In this document: in pieces, positions 41,682 to 59,865 of the stretch
Layout: each line of letters begins with the position of its first letter
How positions within the stretch are numbered: position 1 is the stretch's first letter
NCBI RefSeq assembly: GCF_964204645.1
Contig: NC_134029.1
Coordinates: forward strand, 20,144,950 to 20,208,949
DNA length: 64,000 nt
Direction: 5' to 3'
DNA from: Tubulanus polymorphus
Taxonomy: Eukaryota; Animalia; Nemertea
Translations under genes and position numbers: made by a program
Notes under the pieces: generated by a model
The model's input: only the letters and a program-made list of their open reading frames with translations
What the model was told of the DNA's origin: nothing
Database searches by the model: none

Positions 41682-44553
41682 ATGGCTCTGCTAAAAATCG
41701 GTCGTTTTCTAACGAATAAAACGTCTCCCGGTAGATTGATTCGTAGATTCGCGCACCAGAATTCAGCTCTACTCAGCGCCGACCCTTCTGAGTATACAGA
41801 CGAGCCCGAATACCCGGCGATTAAACCCAGATATCCGCCCGGAAAATGGGAAAACTGGACCGAAAAAGACGCCTGGGAATACTGGCTGGCCGGCGACCAG
41901 TTATCGGAAATACCGACGCTACACGAAAAGTTTCATCGAGTCGTTTCTTTGGACAAGGAAAAAGCGACTTGGCGCGTGCGCCCATTGGAGAAAGTTCCGA
42001 GAATCCTGCCCTATCAGCAGCACGTAACGAAATCTAAAATTATTTCCGATTTGCCGAAAATTTACGATAACGTTGTTGGCTTCGACGCGGAATTGCTAGA
42101 AACTGTTAAACCGCTCGTGCGTCGTATGATTCTCCAGGAGAATATTTTGAGCGATCGAGAAAATCGCGACGAAGACGACGATGGTATTATCCGGAGGAAA
42201 TATTGCTCCGACACGTTGAAGTCGATAATTGGAGCGTTGCGCGCGACGTTGGCCGGGAAGTACGAGCACGTGCTGCGGTCGCACGTCGACGAGGACGCGA
42301 AGATCGAATCGTTCTGGAAGGTCGGCGGATACTCGAAGAAAGGCGACGACGAGATTGATGAATGTCGCGGAAGGAATAATTTGGGTTTGCTCCGGATGCA
42401 GTTCAGCGATCGCGCGGATTTGTTAATCAGAGGAGAAACTCCTTTACCTCCTGTAAATAAGATTATATTGATAGCTTACGTAGATTAGAAATTGCAATTC
42501 AAATGATCTTGCATGAAATGATGGTTTAATGCAGGTTGGAAACTCATTACAACAAACTTCAGGGGACCAGAAAATCTATTTGTTATAACTGATAGTTTGA
42601 TATGTCTAGTATGAAATTACTGAAATTGTCCTGTTCAGGATGAAATTTTTTGTTCGTAAATCCAGGTCCCACAACCAGAAAAGTTAAAATATAAAAATTT
42701 ATTTTAAAAACCGAATTTTTAGTTTTCAACAAAGAACATTTCTGGTCATTGCTGAAATGGTCATTCCTAAAATGGTTTTTAGTATAAAACCAAAAATTTC
42801 GTTTGATAGTAAATTTTGATATTATGGTATGGTAACTTTTCGGCTTTCAGATTGTGGGACTTGGATTTATGATTCATTCATGACACGCGAAGCTCTACCT
42901 CATCATTCTTTGTATCTTATTATCGCATACATTTTGATATCTTATTATTGCTGCTGTAATTCAAATTTTTCAATCCAGATTGTCTCTTAATTCGGATGAA
43001 ATCTTGTATCTGATTACGGGTAAACTTTAACGTTTCAGTTTTTCGATATAAATGACAGTTTATGTATCGGTGAAGAGCCTCAATACAAGTTTACTCCATC
43101 AGCTCTGGGACAATTTGCTAGCAATACTAGCCCTAGTATATGTGCAGGTAAGTACCAGCGTCCAAGTCACAAAAAAATCTAACTTAAAATCACTTTTATA
43201 TTGGTTGATTCAATTTTCTCAATTGTTGATTTAATTTCTATGGTATTTAGGCAGGAAAATATTACCGTAACGGTTTGTATCAAATTATTCTATTTTCAGG
43301 TTATCTGACAAAAAATCAGTTCATCGAAGGAGATCCGTGCGAATTCGGGTATCTAGCTTGTTTGAATAGTTCGCGAGATTTATCGCAGACGCGCAGCGTA
43401 AATGTAGCTAATCTAGACGACGATCAACTCAGTCAGTGGGATCTCGGTTATGGAATGCTGACTTGTTTCAGCTGGGCACTAGCCCAGGCTTATAACCAAG
43501 GTAACTTTATTGCTGTCATATAGGCCTTACCAGAATTTCATTTCAAAATTTAAGAAATAATATTTGGTGGCACTATTTAGATCCCATAATGTTTTCTTAA
43601 GGTATCAGCTCCTGTTTCAGGTTCTGTTTTAAGTTCTTTATGATTGATGATTTCATGGCTTCAAATGATTTGCGCTGGCAAGGATTCTGTAAAGATCGGC
43701 CAGCTTCACTAGTAGTTACTGGGTTACAGCGCTTCAATTTAAAATTTCAATTTTAAATTCAAGAGGAATCAACTTTTCTCATTAGTAGATCAATTTTCTG
43801 TGAAATCTATATAATGCCATCCATTGAGTGGAAAAGCGACTCTTATATCCTATGACTTGAAAGATAATGTTGAGATTAATATCTATTTGATGACTTGTTT
43901 AATTCAGGAGCCTAAAAATGCTGGTAAACTTCCATTGAAATGTAACTAATTTTCACTACGAACAACCCAGTGTATTGATGCACCATCTGGTGTGTGCTGG
44001 TATCCCATTCATTGCTTCATTTTCTTCTCGCTAAAAGCTGCGTTGTATTGTATTTACAGGTTTCTCGTATCTAAACGAATTGACGTCGCCGTTTTCGAGT
44101 CAAGCGATCGTCGCCGACGGCCGGAAAATAACGTTCGTCGCCTATCAACTCAATACGGTACAATTGTGGAAAGAAAACGTGAACAATCCTCTGCGTAATC
44201 TGTGCTGGCATACGCCGCAGATGAACTTATACGAAAAAATCGAAAACGGCGAAGTCGTCGGCTTAAACGACGAGGCTATTAGTTTGATATTGAAATTCTT
44301 GCTGATGAAACCGGTTTTACGCGAAAATATGCGACCATATTTGTCCGAGGCGTCGCCGCTTTCCGTCGACGCGTACATGAACTTGAAGGACGAGCCGAAA
44401 ATCGAGCGGCCCCACCCGCCGCGATTGTACGCTGAGAAAAAGGAAATTTCGTTCCACGATTTGGACCCGTTGACGAAGACGGCCGCCCTGATGGATAGAG
44501 TTTATAAGGAGTACGAGAAAAAGTGGGATCCAGTGAAACAAAAGTGGAAATAG
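41682..44553 (+). CDS. MRPS30: Mitochondrial ribosomal protein S30 / mL65 (PDCD9 family), ~524 aa
   Basis: Exons 41682-42452, 43039-43147, 43300-43500, 44060-44553. Presequence, PEYPAI, GDPCEFG, FSWALAQAYNQGF, SQAIVADGRKITFVAYQLNT, RNLCW. Confidence 0.9.
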
Positions 44554-45680
44554 AATGACATTCTTATAATGATTGTTTGCTTGAAATGAAAGATTTGGCT
44601 CGTTTGTTGACAATTCATAAAAAAGGATCGATTTGCATTGAATCGAACTGAGCTCAACAGAGAAATAACTGTAAATGAGCTCCTCCTATAGACCCTGATA
44701 TGAAAGAATGAAGTAGTGAAAATTCTCAAGAAATGAGCTCCTATAGTTAACCGATATGAAAGAATAAACGAAAATAAATGAAAATGAAAACCAACTAAAT
44801 TTAGCAATCTTAATATTTCTTGAATGCTCTTGTGTCTTCGCTTTACGAGCTCTGCCTTGTCATTGGATAATATATAATCTGGTTGAGTGAAAAAATCTGG
44901 CAGAGAACTAAATGTCCCGAGGGCAGTGTTGATGAAAGACGTGTATGTATATATATATATTTATAGCTGTGATGACACCGATCAATAAAAGCTCTGCACA
45001 TGAAGCTGTTATAGATTAAAATACGATAGGATCGTCTGGTTTAGGAGGGTGTGAGAACTTCTGCTAAATATAATGATTATCACATCTTTCGATATCACGA
45101 TGCATTTGTCGGAGAGATTTCAGCTAGAGAGGAATAGGGCTGTAACGTCATACTGCAGGAAATGCTGTGACTCATTTAGATGTAGGATTTCAAATGCGCC
45201 TGGTTTGCATTTATTGTCTGATTTACCAAGTATTACTATAATCAAGATAGCAGATATTGGAGAACAGGTAATTTGTTCTTTTTGTAAATTCAAGACGAGC
45301 AGAGTAATTTTGGTTAATTGGCGTCAACATGATTTCTATTGCTGCATGAATATCAGTCTGAATATACATTGGCAAAATGTAAAGGGTTCGACCATCATTG
45401 GATGGGACATAACTGGTCCATGGTTGAGAGTGCAGGGCCATGGTTTAGTAGCTGGTCTACTAGCCCTCAGGCGTTGGGTTCGAATCCAGCTGAGATCCCC
45501 ATTTATTCCAGTATCGAAATCAGAATAAATTTCAGTTTTACTAAATTGATGAATCGCCAATAACTGTTTACTGAAACTTCGTTGGTTTTTTATTAAAGAT
45601 ATTCGGTTATTCTAAGATTTGCCAGATGGACAGTGTGATCAGAGCTCCTGGCAGTAGAACCGGGAACTACTACTCTAAAG

Positions 45681-50713
<5,033 letters not shown>

Positions 50714-51665
50714 TCGAACTCGATCATTTCATGATTAGTTTATCGTTATCTCGAAGTCTCCCTGGAGTTCATACAGTGACATGATTTTGTTCGAAGGAAA
50801 ATGCTACGACAGCATTTTAGCGTTGTTTATCCGCGAATAACGAATTCGATGCTGAACGAAGAAAGTCGGGATTGAACAGACGGAGTAAATGGCGTTTGGA
50901 AAAACATTATCAAATTATTTTTGAAATTAATGAGCATAATGTACGGATAGAGACGACCTGAATTCGAAGTTGTATATGATAAACTCATAACGAGAAAATT
51001 GTCGAAAATTCCGACGAAATTAGATTCGTACATGTATATGAATAGTTGATGTGTGTATGTTTTTTGTACTCAGTGGATGGTATCTGTCTTCCATACGAAG
51101 CATTGTTCGTCTGCCTATTTAGTATTTCTCTCTTTCAGTTTCGTTTTATTTGCCGAATCGATGAACCGGAATTCATCTTCGCGGCGCAGTCACGTATTTT
51201 TATATATTATACCATACAAAAGTTTATTGGTTTAAAACGAGGACCCAGTTCGGCAGTTGTGTGTATTACGTTGAATTTGTCTGATTTTCTTTTTAGTTCT
51301 CTAGTCCGATTTCGGTTGAATATAAACAGCTGTTGGACTGGGTTCAATTTTCTCTCGCCGTCGAATTTTATGTCTGCTGCTGTCTAAGAATTATGTACAT
51401 GTTTTATACTAAGTCATTCTCCTCGATACGGAATATTTGAATGGACTGAAAGTTCGGTAAACCTTCACTGACTCGGATTACTGTTGATTATAAGCCAATC
51501 TAACAGGCCACCCCTAGAACAGGAGATCGTTGGATGCAGTAGATTTAACTCGCTTCGGATCTCCGGGGATTATAAACTTTCAAATTCTATGCTGTCGATT
51601 GACGATGGGTGGTGTTGACAAAAATTGGAATATTCGTAGAGTAGCCGTGTTAACCAGGTTTAAAA

Positions 51666-51856
51666 TAAGTAACGAGACGAGTAGTACTGTATAGGTTAAC
51701 TATTTATTTGACGCACGAGCTTTCGCTTCTAATGAATAGAAGCTTCATCGGGTGAAAAAATGTTTTTCACCTGATGAAGCTTCTATTCATTATTTGCGAA
51801 AGCTCATGCATCATATAAATAGTTAACCTATTCAGTACTACTTGTCTCGTTACTTA
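51666..51856. mobile_element. Penelope-like palindromic relic with inverted minimal hammerhead motifs
   Basis: ~94-bp arms; + strand CTGATGA-AGC..GC-GAAAGCTC at 51771-51805, mirrored on the - strand as CCGATGA-AGCTTCTA..TAGAAGC-GAAAGCTC. Confidence 0.7.
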
Positions 51857-52931
51857 TACATAAATCGGAGGACGGCAAGAAAATCTATGAATATATGTCC
51901 GCTACTTGCGATAATCTAAGGCAATTGGTTCCCTGGGTATTTACTACTGTAGTGCATACGGTACCTGGTATTTACAGGGTACTGCATAGCTGATGATATC
52001 TTAAATAGAAAATCTAACTTCTTTCTTTACACGATGACAATAGATTTCGAGTGAAGCAAGGTTTACTGTACGGTGAGAAAATGAAACATATTCTAGTCAC
52101 TTCTCATTATTACCATCATTTCAAAAGGCACGCTTTCTTCAGTTGTTGGATGTTATTCAAATGATTATCTCGATTATCATTATCCGGACCCAGTTTAACG
52201 GTTGTCGGGTACTATTGATGAACTCTTACGGTTAAAACATCGGAAATTAACTATTTTTAAATAGAGTCAAACTTAGCCGACACCTGTTAAACTAGGCCCT
52301 GAGTTTTTAAACATTGCGTTTTATTATTTCATTTCATTTTTGGTAATAAACAAGTTCATTTCTGAATTTGGTGTCAAATGTTTATTAGATTTGTGTAGGT
52401 TGTCAGTGTATGCCGTAAGGTACCAAAGTATATCACTCACATTTCCTAGTTTCTCAGGGGTGGATGGATACAAATTTTCTTGCCAAGATATGGAAATCCT
52501 GTAGGGGTAAGCAAGTCGGTCTTGGGGGGGGTGTGTTGGCGCTCACTTGGCTTGGATCGTCGTCGATGTGTCTGACTGCCCTTTCAAATTCTAGAAGGCA
52601 CTCACGATTTGAGACTAAAATAATTGCGTAACAACTTCGGAATATTATACACGTACAATACAGACTTTTATTGATTCATTACATGATCCAACGATTTAAA
52701 ACATGCAGCCATATAAAAATATTCGCTGATTTGTAATTCGGTAGAAATTATTTACACATGAATAGATCATGATGATGAGGACTCTTAACATAAATAACAA
52801 TAAAATATAAATAATCCACAGAATTATACTAACTAATATTTATTACATGATTTGATACAAAACTGCAAATGAAGATTGATTCTAAGCTTTTGGCAGTGAT
52901 AGCAGAAGGGGACACGTAGGTTATTTAATTT

Positions 52932-55900
52932 TTACAGTATCGATCCGCTTGCCAGGGATGAATTAGCTAGATGTAACGGGCATGGTCCATCGGTCCACTA
53001 CAAGATAAAAGAAAATAAATTTCCCTTGCGATCTGTGATTTAATTTGTAAACCTTTGAACGAGTCTTCAGAATTTGAAGTGCAGCGGCTGATTTAGGGAA
53101 TGGTCTCGGGCGGGGAGAGAAAGCTCATTAAAACCTACAAATTTGACACTACATCCTTTAGAAAATTACATATTTTTCGATGAATTCTTAAGAAAATCTA
53201 ACCGAGCGCGCGACCCGGCTAGTAGCCTATGACATGGTTGCTCGATCAGAAAAATACCTTTTTGTCTGGACCCTGCCTCCCAACTTCCCTAGATCTACAC
53301 CCTGAAGTGGTATTTATCGATGCTAAAAGCAACGATTTCCACGCCTGGCAGTAAAGCTAAATTAACTGAATTCAATAGCCCTTACTTGTATGAGATTGTG
53401 TTCTGGTTGTTGCGAAGCTTGGAAGTGATCTTTCAGCAGCGATTGCGAAAATGCGTTATGCATTCGAAGTCCGTCTGCTGCTTGTACCGGATCTCCCAAC
53501 GCGTGGTATAGATCCTTCAGTAAAGCCGAAGCCCACAGTTGTATGTGTAGATCGGGTATTTTACTCGCCAAATGCATCGATGGTGTTATCATATTCATCG
53601 CTTCCTAAAAAAAGAGATAATATCTGATTAACAACGGGCAGACATAAACGAATCTTGAAATAATTCTAATGAAATTTCTTTATTCGAGACAGATAATGGT
53701 GACTGCAGAAATTATCAAGTACCGGGTATCTGGGCTCTTCTTCATTATCTTAACACATTCACTGCCACTGTGGTTACGCCCCCACCGATTGCCTCCACGC
53801 GTATACTCATAGATTGGCACTGGAGCTATTTAATAGTCAGTTACCAATGACCATTGAGAATGAATTGGAGTTTTTTCACATTTCCAGCCAATGAGGAACT
53901 GAGTCAATCTCGCGTGCCAGATTTCAAATCGAGCAGTCAATCAGCTACAAGTATACTCGTAGTGGCACTGGTGAAAGAACCGGCAGTATACCCGAGCCAG
54001 CAGTGAACCTGTTAAGTTTGCATTTTTTCCATAAAAAGAAAAACAAGATCATGTTATTGTTTGGTTAAGATTACGAGTTGGTAGCGAACTTACATTGCTG
54101 TTACCGAGAGACAGAAATATATGACCGAGCAGCACCAAAGAACAAGAGGTCAGTCGATTTAAATCTTCAGCGTTCGCCATCTTCAACGTTTCTCTCAAGT
54201 AACGTCTGCAGAGTAAAAACATCATGTTCGTTTATTTTTTGCACTAACTATGAATGTTTCCAGTATGGTATATTATGAACTAGATGGAATAACTTACTTG
54301 GCTTCATTGTATCGGCCTTGAAAGAATGACTGAAGACCTCTTACGTAATACGCCGACGCTCTTAATGTATATGACCTAAAATATCGAAATAAGCCGTATT
54401 TGAGAGTGCTCAGTAACTGCAAAAGCTGTTTTTCAGTTTTTCTTTTTTACATGGTTCATAGTATACGTAGTAAGGCTTAAGCAAAAGTAGACACTTCTCA
54501 GACCTTTTGGTGCAGAAAAAGTATCACTTTGAGTGAATTGCGTCTATGATAGAAATTTTAACTGCTCATCATGATTTGTCAAACCATAACAATAATCTGA
54601 ACAAATCACCTATGCACTAGGACACATGTTCATTGCCCAGAAGTGATGAATGCTTTTTTTATTTTTTTATCAACACTTAGCATCGCAATGTGACAAATAT
54701 TTTCCAGATAGCTTGTCAGTCAAAATGTAGCACTTTTCCGCACATTTAAGTGAAAAGAACCGTAAGCACAAATCAGGGCCTTAATAAATTTTTCAAACAA
54801 AGGAAGTGCTTAGTAGACATGCTATAATAAACTATGTTAGGGTAGTACATACTCGGTATGAAGCCGATCGGGGTCAATTCGGTCCATGAGCTGATTCAAA
54901 TCCTGGTGTCTGTTCGTGCGAAGATAAACTATCGCCAAATTCAAATTGATGAATATCCACAGATCAGAATCTCGGGATAACTGAAATTGGATGAATTGAA
55001 ATGTCACTCGATGAGAAAGCTTTATCATCATAAATAAAATGTAGCTGTAGGTAAGATATGATTACTCACATGAATGGCTGCATTAAACTGAGCCTCTGCT
55101 GAATCCATACAATTCATGGACATCGCGTATAGGCCCTGAAGAAAATATAAAAATATCTGTTGTATTTGCAATCATTTTCCATAGAAATTTATGGTGTACA
55201 ACAGTTTCTGCGAGCACCTGGAAATACTTACCAGACAAGTGTGAAGTTGAGCACCGTGCGTCTGCCATAGAACTGGTTGAGGTTGACAAACCTGACATGC
55301 TTGAATAATCTACATCGACAAAACACAAATTATCCAAACCCGGAAAAAATAACAGAAATTTGCATTGAAAATTGTACTTGTTGTAATTATCTTTCCTAAG
55401 GGAACAGGGCCCCTACTTGGACACAGCCAACTTGAATTGTCCTGTGTCCTTCTCTTTTATCCTTTATGGTGTTTTCTTGCAACTTTTTTCTTGTTCTTAC
55501 TGGTATCAAAAATACATGTATTTTTGCTGGTATTTAGTAGAGGAATCGAATTTAGAATTTGAATACTTTGATAATAGCTTCTAGGAAACTTAAGGAAGTC
55601 AAATCGTCGATTTTTAACCTCATTCAGTTTTGGTTGAGCTTATTTCCATTCAGAATAATTAACAAAGTTTTACTCACCTCAGTGATCGCGATTGATTTGT
55701 TTCCCATGATCAGTCGACACATGATTATATGTTCTAAAAGCATTAACTGGAACGTACTGAGTAGAGGACTAGAATCCAACACTACAAAACATATCAAATG
55801 AAATATGACTCGTTCAATATTGAAACTGCCATCGAAATACTGTAAAACCTGCTTATTTGGATCAGTTTCATCCAGATTTTCATCGTATATGAATAGGCCC

Positions 55901-58602
55901 TATCATGTAAAAGACCAAAATATGATGTTTACTCTGGATTTCTCATAAACTGAATGAATTTTTTTCAGTCCCAAATGATCCGAATTAAGTAGGTTCTATC
56001 TACTGTATCAGGTCGTCGTATGAAACCTACTTTTTAATTTTTCGATCTGCATCAGAGCCTTATCGGTGTATTTCTGCGCCTTATCCATATAGCCGGCCTG
56101 CATCGAATGCATTACCGTTACCTAAAATACGAACCGGTAAAGATTCAGGTATCACCAGACACAAAAAATCGCCACACACAGGGTAATTAGCTATGATTCT
56201 TTACTTTACTCACCAGATAGACTAGAACGCACATGTGTTCTTTCGGTAGCCACTGAAACATGTCGCCCGACTGGTTGGGCAGCGGTTCTAGAAATTTCAT
56301 CAGATTTTAAAGAAATTTAGCATCAAGCGTGTTAAATGGTAGTTCATATGACCAGATTAATGTGGAAATCAATAAACGATTCACTCACCATCATCAGTAT
56401 GGGCTGCGGTGATAGTCTGAATACTCTGCTGTAACTGTTTCAATGATGGTTTGACGCTTTTTACCTGAATTTAGAATTTAGCGCGTAGATATTCAAACCG
56501 TAAATTTCACATTTTTTGTAATAAAGGAAGATTACAGATCATGAACGGCTAGCAATGCTTCGAGAACGCACCTGACCAGCCATAAGAAAATGGCAAACTT
56601 GAAGTACGAGGAAATATATTTTCAGCGATTCCTTCCAGCTGGTCTGTCCGGTGAACTGTTCGATTAACTGCGCGGCTAATGATAATACGCTGTGTACTTC
56701 GTTCAACTTCTTTTCAATCAACAAAATCTACATTGAACGAATATAGAAAACGGTTACAGTTTCTTTCGAGATGTTATTTCTTCTTATGTCTACGCATTCT
56801 ATGGCAGGATGATAGGGCGTCAAATACATGACAGTCGACTCCGGTCAAGTTGGATCCATGAAAATTTGTCGAAGTTTGTTGGTAGGCCCTACACATAGCC
56901 ATACAGTACACTCTGTTCAAATCGGATCTGTAAGGACTGTAAAAATGTGTCCGACTTGAGTAATATCCGAGTTGGATGTAATTCATATACAGTGTCCCAA
57001 TAAACATTCCAACTAACATCCGAATCGAACGGTTATCAGAGTTTATCGGATCCAACTCGAGTGTAGTCTACTGTTTATAATCATTGCGTCAGAAAATATT
57101 TCAACTAACATTTATCCGACTTCAGAAGTAGATGAGCCAAGCCTTCTTATAATATAGATGATAGAATAGGCCTATAGCCATTTTTGACTGAAGAGAATTT
57201 GCAGCCACATTTTACTGAGATGAAAATGAATTCAATATTACCATTCCTTTGCTGAGTAAGAACAGAATGCGAGTGTGTTCGGCTCGTTTGACGTGTGAAA
57301 ATTCGGCACCGACTCCTAATAGTTCGCTAGCCGACACGAAATCCTTCTCTAAAGTGTGCAGTTGCTGTAAAATGAAGGCAAGATCTACAGAGATGTATAA
57401 ACACTTGTAAGTCTGAAGTTCCAGGGCCCCTACGGATCAGTCATTCCTGCATATAAGGAGTTTTGTGAGAAAATTTCAAATTTCATGGAAGCGCCTGCAT
57501 CACTTTAAATATCCCAATAAAAGTAGATTCCTCCTGAACCGATACTGTTTATCTTGGTAAAACCATTAATTCTGTGGTTTTGTAAGAAAATTTCTATCCT
57601 TTGCACTACCTAAATTCGGTTCTAATTTGGTAACCACCTAATTGGGTAAAAACAAATTCCAACTGTATCAATTTAGGCAGTTTTCAATTTTAGGTGTTTT
57701 AAATGAGTTTCAGGCATTTTTCTCAAATGAAAGGAGGTTCATGCACCTTCTTAGAAGGAGTTTATAAGGAAGCAAGGTATCATAGGAACCCTGTGGTCTT
57801 TAGGGAGAGATATAAATGACTTACCGCCAATTGAAATAACAAACGACAATGCCAATACGCCGACTGCTGAGATATTTCGATCGCTTTCCTTAATATAGCT
57901 TTCACCGGATGCATCTGGCCCTGAAGAAATTATCAAAAATTGGAATAAGTGGCAAAAGCAAAAATATATTTCATTTATGACGCCCGTTTCTTGCTTTCAG
58001 CCAAAAGTTACCTGCTTCTCATAAATTTGCGCTAAAACGCTGGCGGCTTCGAATTTAACTTCATCTAAAGATACAATCTTCACAAAATAATTAAGGATAT
58101 AATTTGCTGACATATTTGATACTATTATCTTAAAACTAAATGTGATAATCCACTATTCGTATTAGGTACTTATTAATTTTTGCAAGGATACGGTCAAAGA
58201 CAAATTCCACTGGAAAGAAAATGAGAAACATTTTTAAATATATGATAGATCAGTCCGATCGTCAGTTTTAGTCTCACCCAAACGAACGCTACAGCGATCG
58301 ACAAAACTGGGAATACTTACCGCTTTTTCCAGATGAGTCCGAGCCAGATCGATGTTTTTGGTGTGACTGAACAGGATGCTACCGAGTTGCAGATGAGTTC
58401 TGGCTTCGATTCTCGGATTCGGTTTGAAATTGAAGATCGCCTGTAAGCACTGGATGCACAGTCGTATGTTCGGCGGATTCGACGTGCGGAAATTCTCGGC
58501 CAGGCCCAACAACGCCGAATACCAGGGCTCGAATTGCGGAGTTTGAGCCGTCGGGGGAGGGGGAGGCTGAGAAGCTGCAGCGGCTGGATTATTGTTCGCC
58601 AT
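52932..58602 (-). CDS. MAU2: Cohesin loader subunit MAU2/SCC4, ~610 aa
   Basis: 17 frame-consistent exons: 58602-58321, 58209-58192, 58077-58012, 57920-57825, 57364-57242, 56727-56572, 56464-56389, 56287-56214, 56121-56031, 55781-55678, 55309-55232, 55135-55070, 54980-54853, 54375-54298, 54205-54094, 53604-53386, 52997-52932. Motifs [62 protein letters not shown]. Confidence 0.96.
55839..56008. mobile_element. pogo/Tigger-like MITE
   Basis: ACTGTAAAACCTGCTTATTTGGATCA...TGATCCGAATTAAGTAGGTT..ACTGTA; similar element at 36608-36872. Confidence 0.55.
57422..57792. mobile_element. CAGGG(C/T)(C/T)CCTAC-TIR MITE
   Basis: CAGGGCCCCTAC...TAGGAACCCTG; reverse-oriented relative at 62779-63212; fragments at 4479-4620 and 6809-6950. 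Confidence 0.7.
58078..58191 (-). other. U12-type GT-AG intron in MAU2, following an 18-nt microexon
   Basis: Minus-strand 5' splice site GTATCCTTG; branch site TCCTTAAT close to the AG. Confidence 0.88.
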
Positions 58603-58662
58603 CTTGTTTACTACTCACTTGCCACAGATCGATTCGATTCAAGATTGAACCCGGAAGTAAGT
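58600..58662. promoter_or_regulatory. Compact bidirectional promoter (MAU2 / TMEM60-EXOC1) with a + strand non-coding first exon
   Basis: YY1-like CGCCATCTT spanning the MAU2 ATG; ETS-like CCGGAAGT at 58651 overlapping donor GTAAGT at 58657; matching acceptor TTTGTAG at 59409. Confidence 0.6.
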
Positions 58663-59458
58663 TGATTTCTTTTTAAACTTGCCTTTTCTCACTAATAACG
58701 CTCGCTATTCCGATTTAAGGCGACTGGATATAAATCTTTGATATCATATGATTAAGATTAAAGCTGTAGTTAGTATTTTTCGGACCGTCAGGCTTCGTAA
58801 TCTCCTAAAATTAAGCTGCAAATTTATCATCTCAATTAAGTTAAATTCAATTTTACTTTATTTGACATACCCCTAAACAACAAACTTGCCATAACTAAAG
58901 GCATTTTTATTCATGCAACGCATATCGCGGAAAAAATTCATCTTTTTCAGCGAGTGCCTACAACTATTAGTTTACAACGCCCATTTACCAGGCCTAAAAT
59001 TTAGGCCTATTCAACTCAAAATGTGCCAATGCGAGAAGGCCTACTTAACGCAGCTAAATTGCTCTTTGTTCAAGGCAATTTGCAAATTGGCACCTGTGTG
59101 GCAGTTAAGATCGTTAATAGATCAAAAAACAAAATTGCAGCTTTTTTGATCGCAGAAAATTCAGGCTTACGGGTCTAGAGGGTAGAGTCATTTATAAAAG
59201 GCGATTCGATTTGTACCTAAATGATAGCTATCAACAGAGTAAAGCGATCTGATACGAGTCGCTTGAATAAAAATGCTGTAGACCTAAGCTAGATTAGCTT
59301 AGAGTAACCAAGTCATTGAATGGTGTTCAATGATAACCAGCCGCCCTAACAATCCCCAGGCCATAATCATCTATTTGTTTGGCCTCTAATTGATTACTTT
59401 TCTTTGTAGGTCCAGAAAATAGTGTGACTTTCGATGGATATTTGTTATTAGAACTTTG

Positions 59459-59842
59459 ATGGCAGTTCTCCACCGAGCTCTGTTTTCATGGTTCATAGCT
59501 TTGGTGTTCATCATCCTGCTCGCGTTGCGTCTCGACTCGAAAGTTCCGTGGAATTGGTTCATCATTTTCACGCCGCTGTGGATATTCGACGCGATCATCT
59601 CGTTTTACCTGCTCTTCAAACTGATATCGCACTATCGAAACGGCTACGACTCGACCGACCTGTCGATCAAGCGGAAGATCTGGTTTCTGATCGCTCTGTT
59701 CCTGAAACTGACGTTTCAAGTTTTATTGTGCATCAGACAAGAATATTTCCCGGCGAAAATCGAATTGTATTACGTTATGATACCTATTTGGATTTTATTG
59801 ATCGGTTCAATCGGTGACGTATTTACGAGTTTAACGTGGTAA
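59459..59842 (+). CDS. TMEM60: Transmembrane protein 60 (127 aa, 4 TM)
   Basis: Intronless ORF MAVLHRALFSWF...LRLDSKVPWNWFIIFTPLWIFD...LKLTFQVLLC...YYVMIPIWILL, typical of the TMEM60/TMEM185/TMEM203 family. Confidence 0.9.
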   Translation: MAVLHRALFSWFIALVFIILLALRLDSKVPWNWFIIFTPLWIFDAIISFYLLFKLISHYRNGYDSTDLSIKRKIWFLIALFLKLTFQVLLCIRQEYFPAKIELYYVMIPIWILLIGSIGDVFTSLTW

Positions 59843-59865
59843 TCGTCGGTAATCTTCTCTCGAAA

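Noticed and set aside
59488-59817. 109-aa alternative-frame ORF inside TMEM60
   Set aside because: No recognisable protein features; relevant only as one of the two intervening ATGs.
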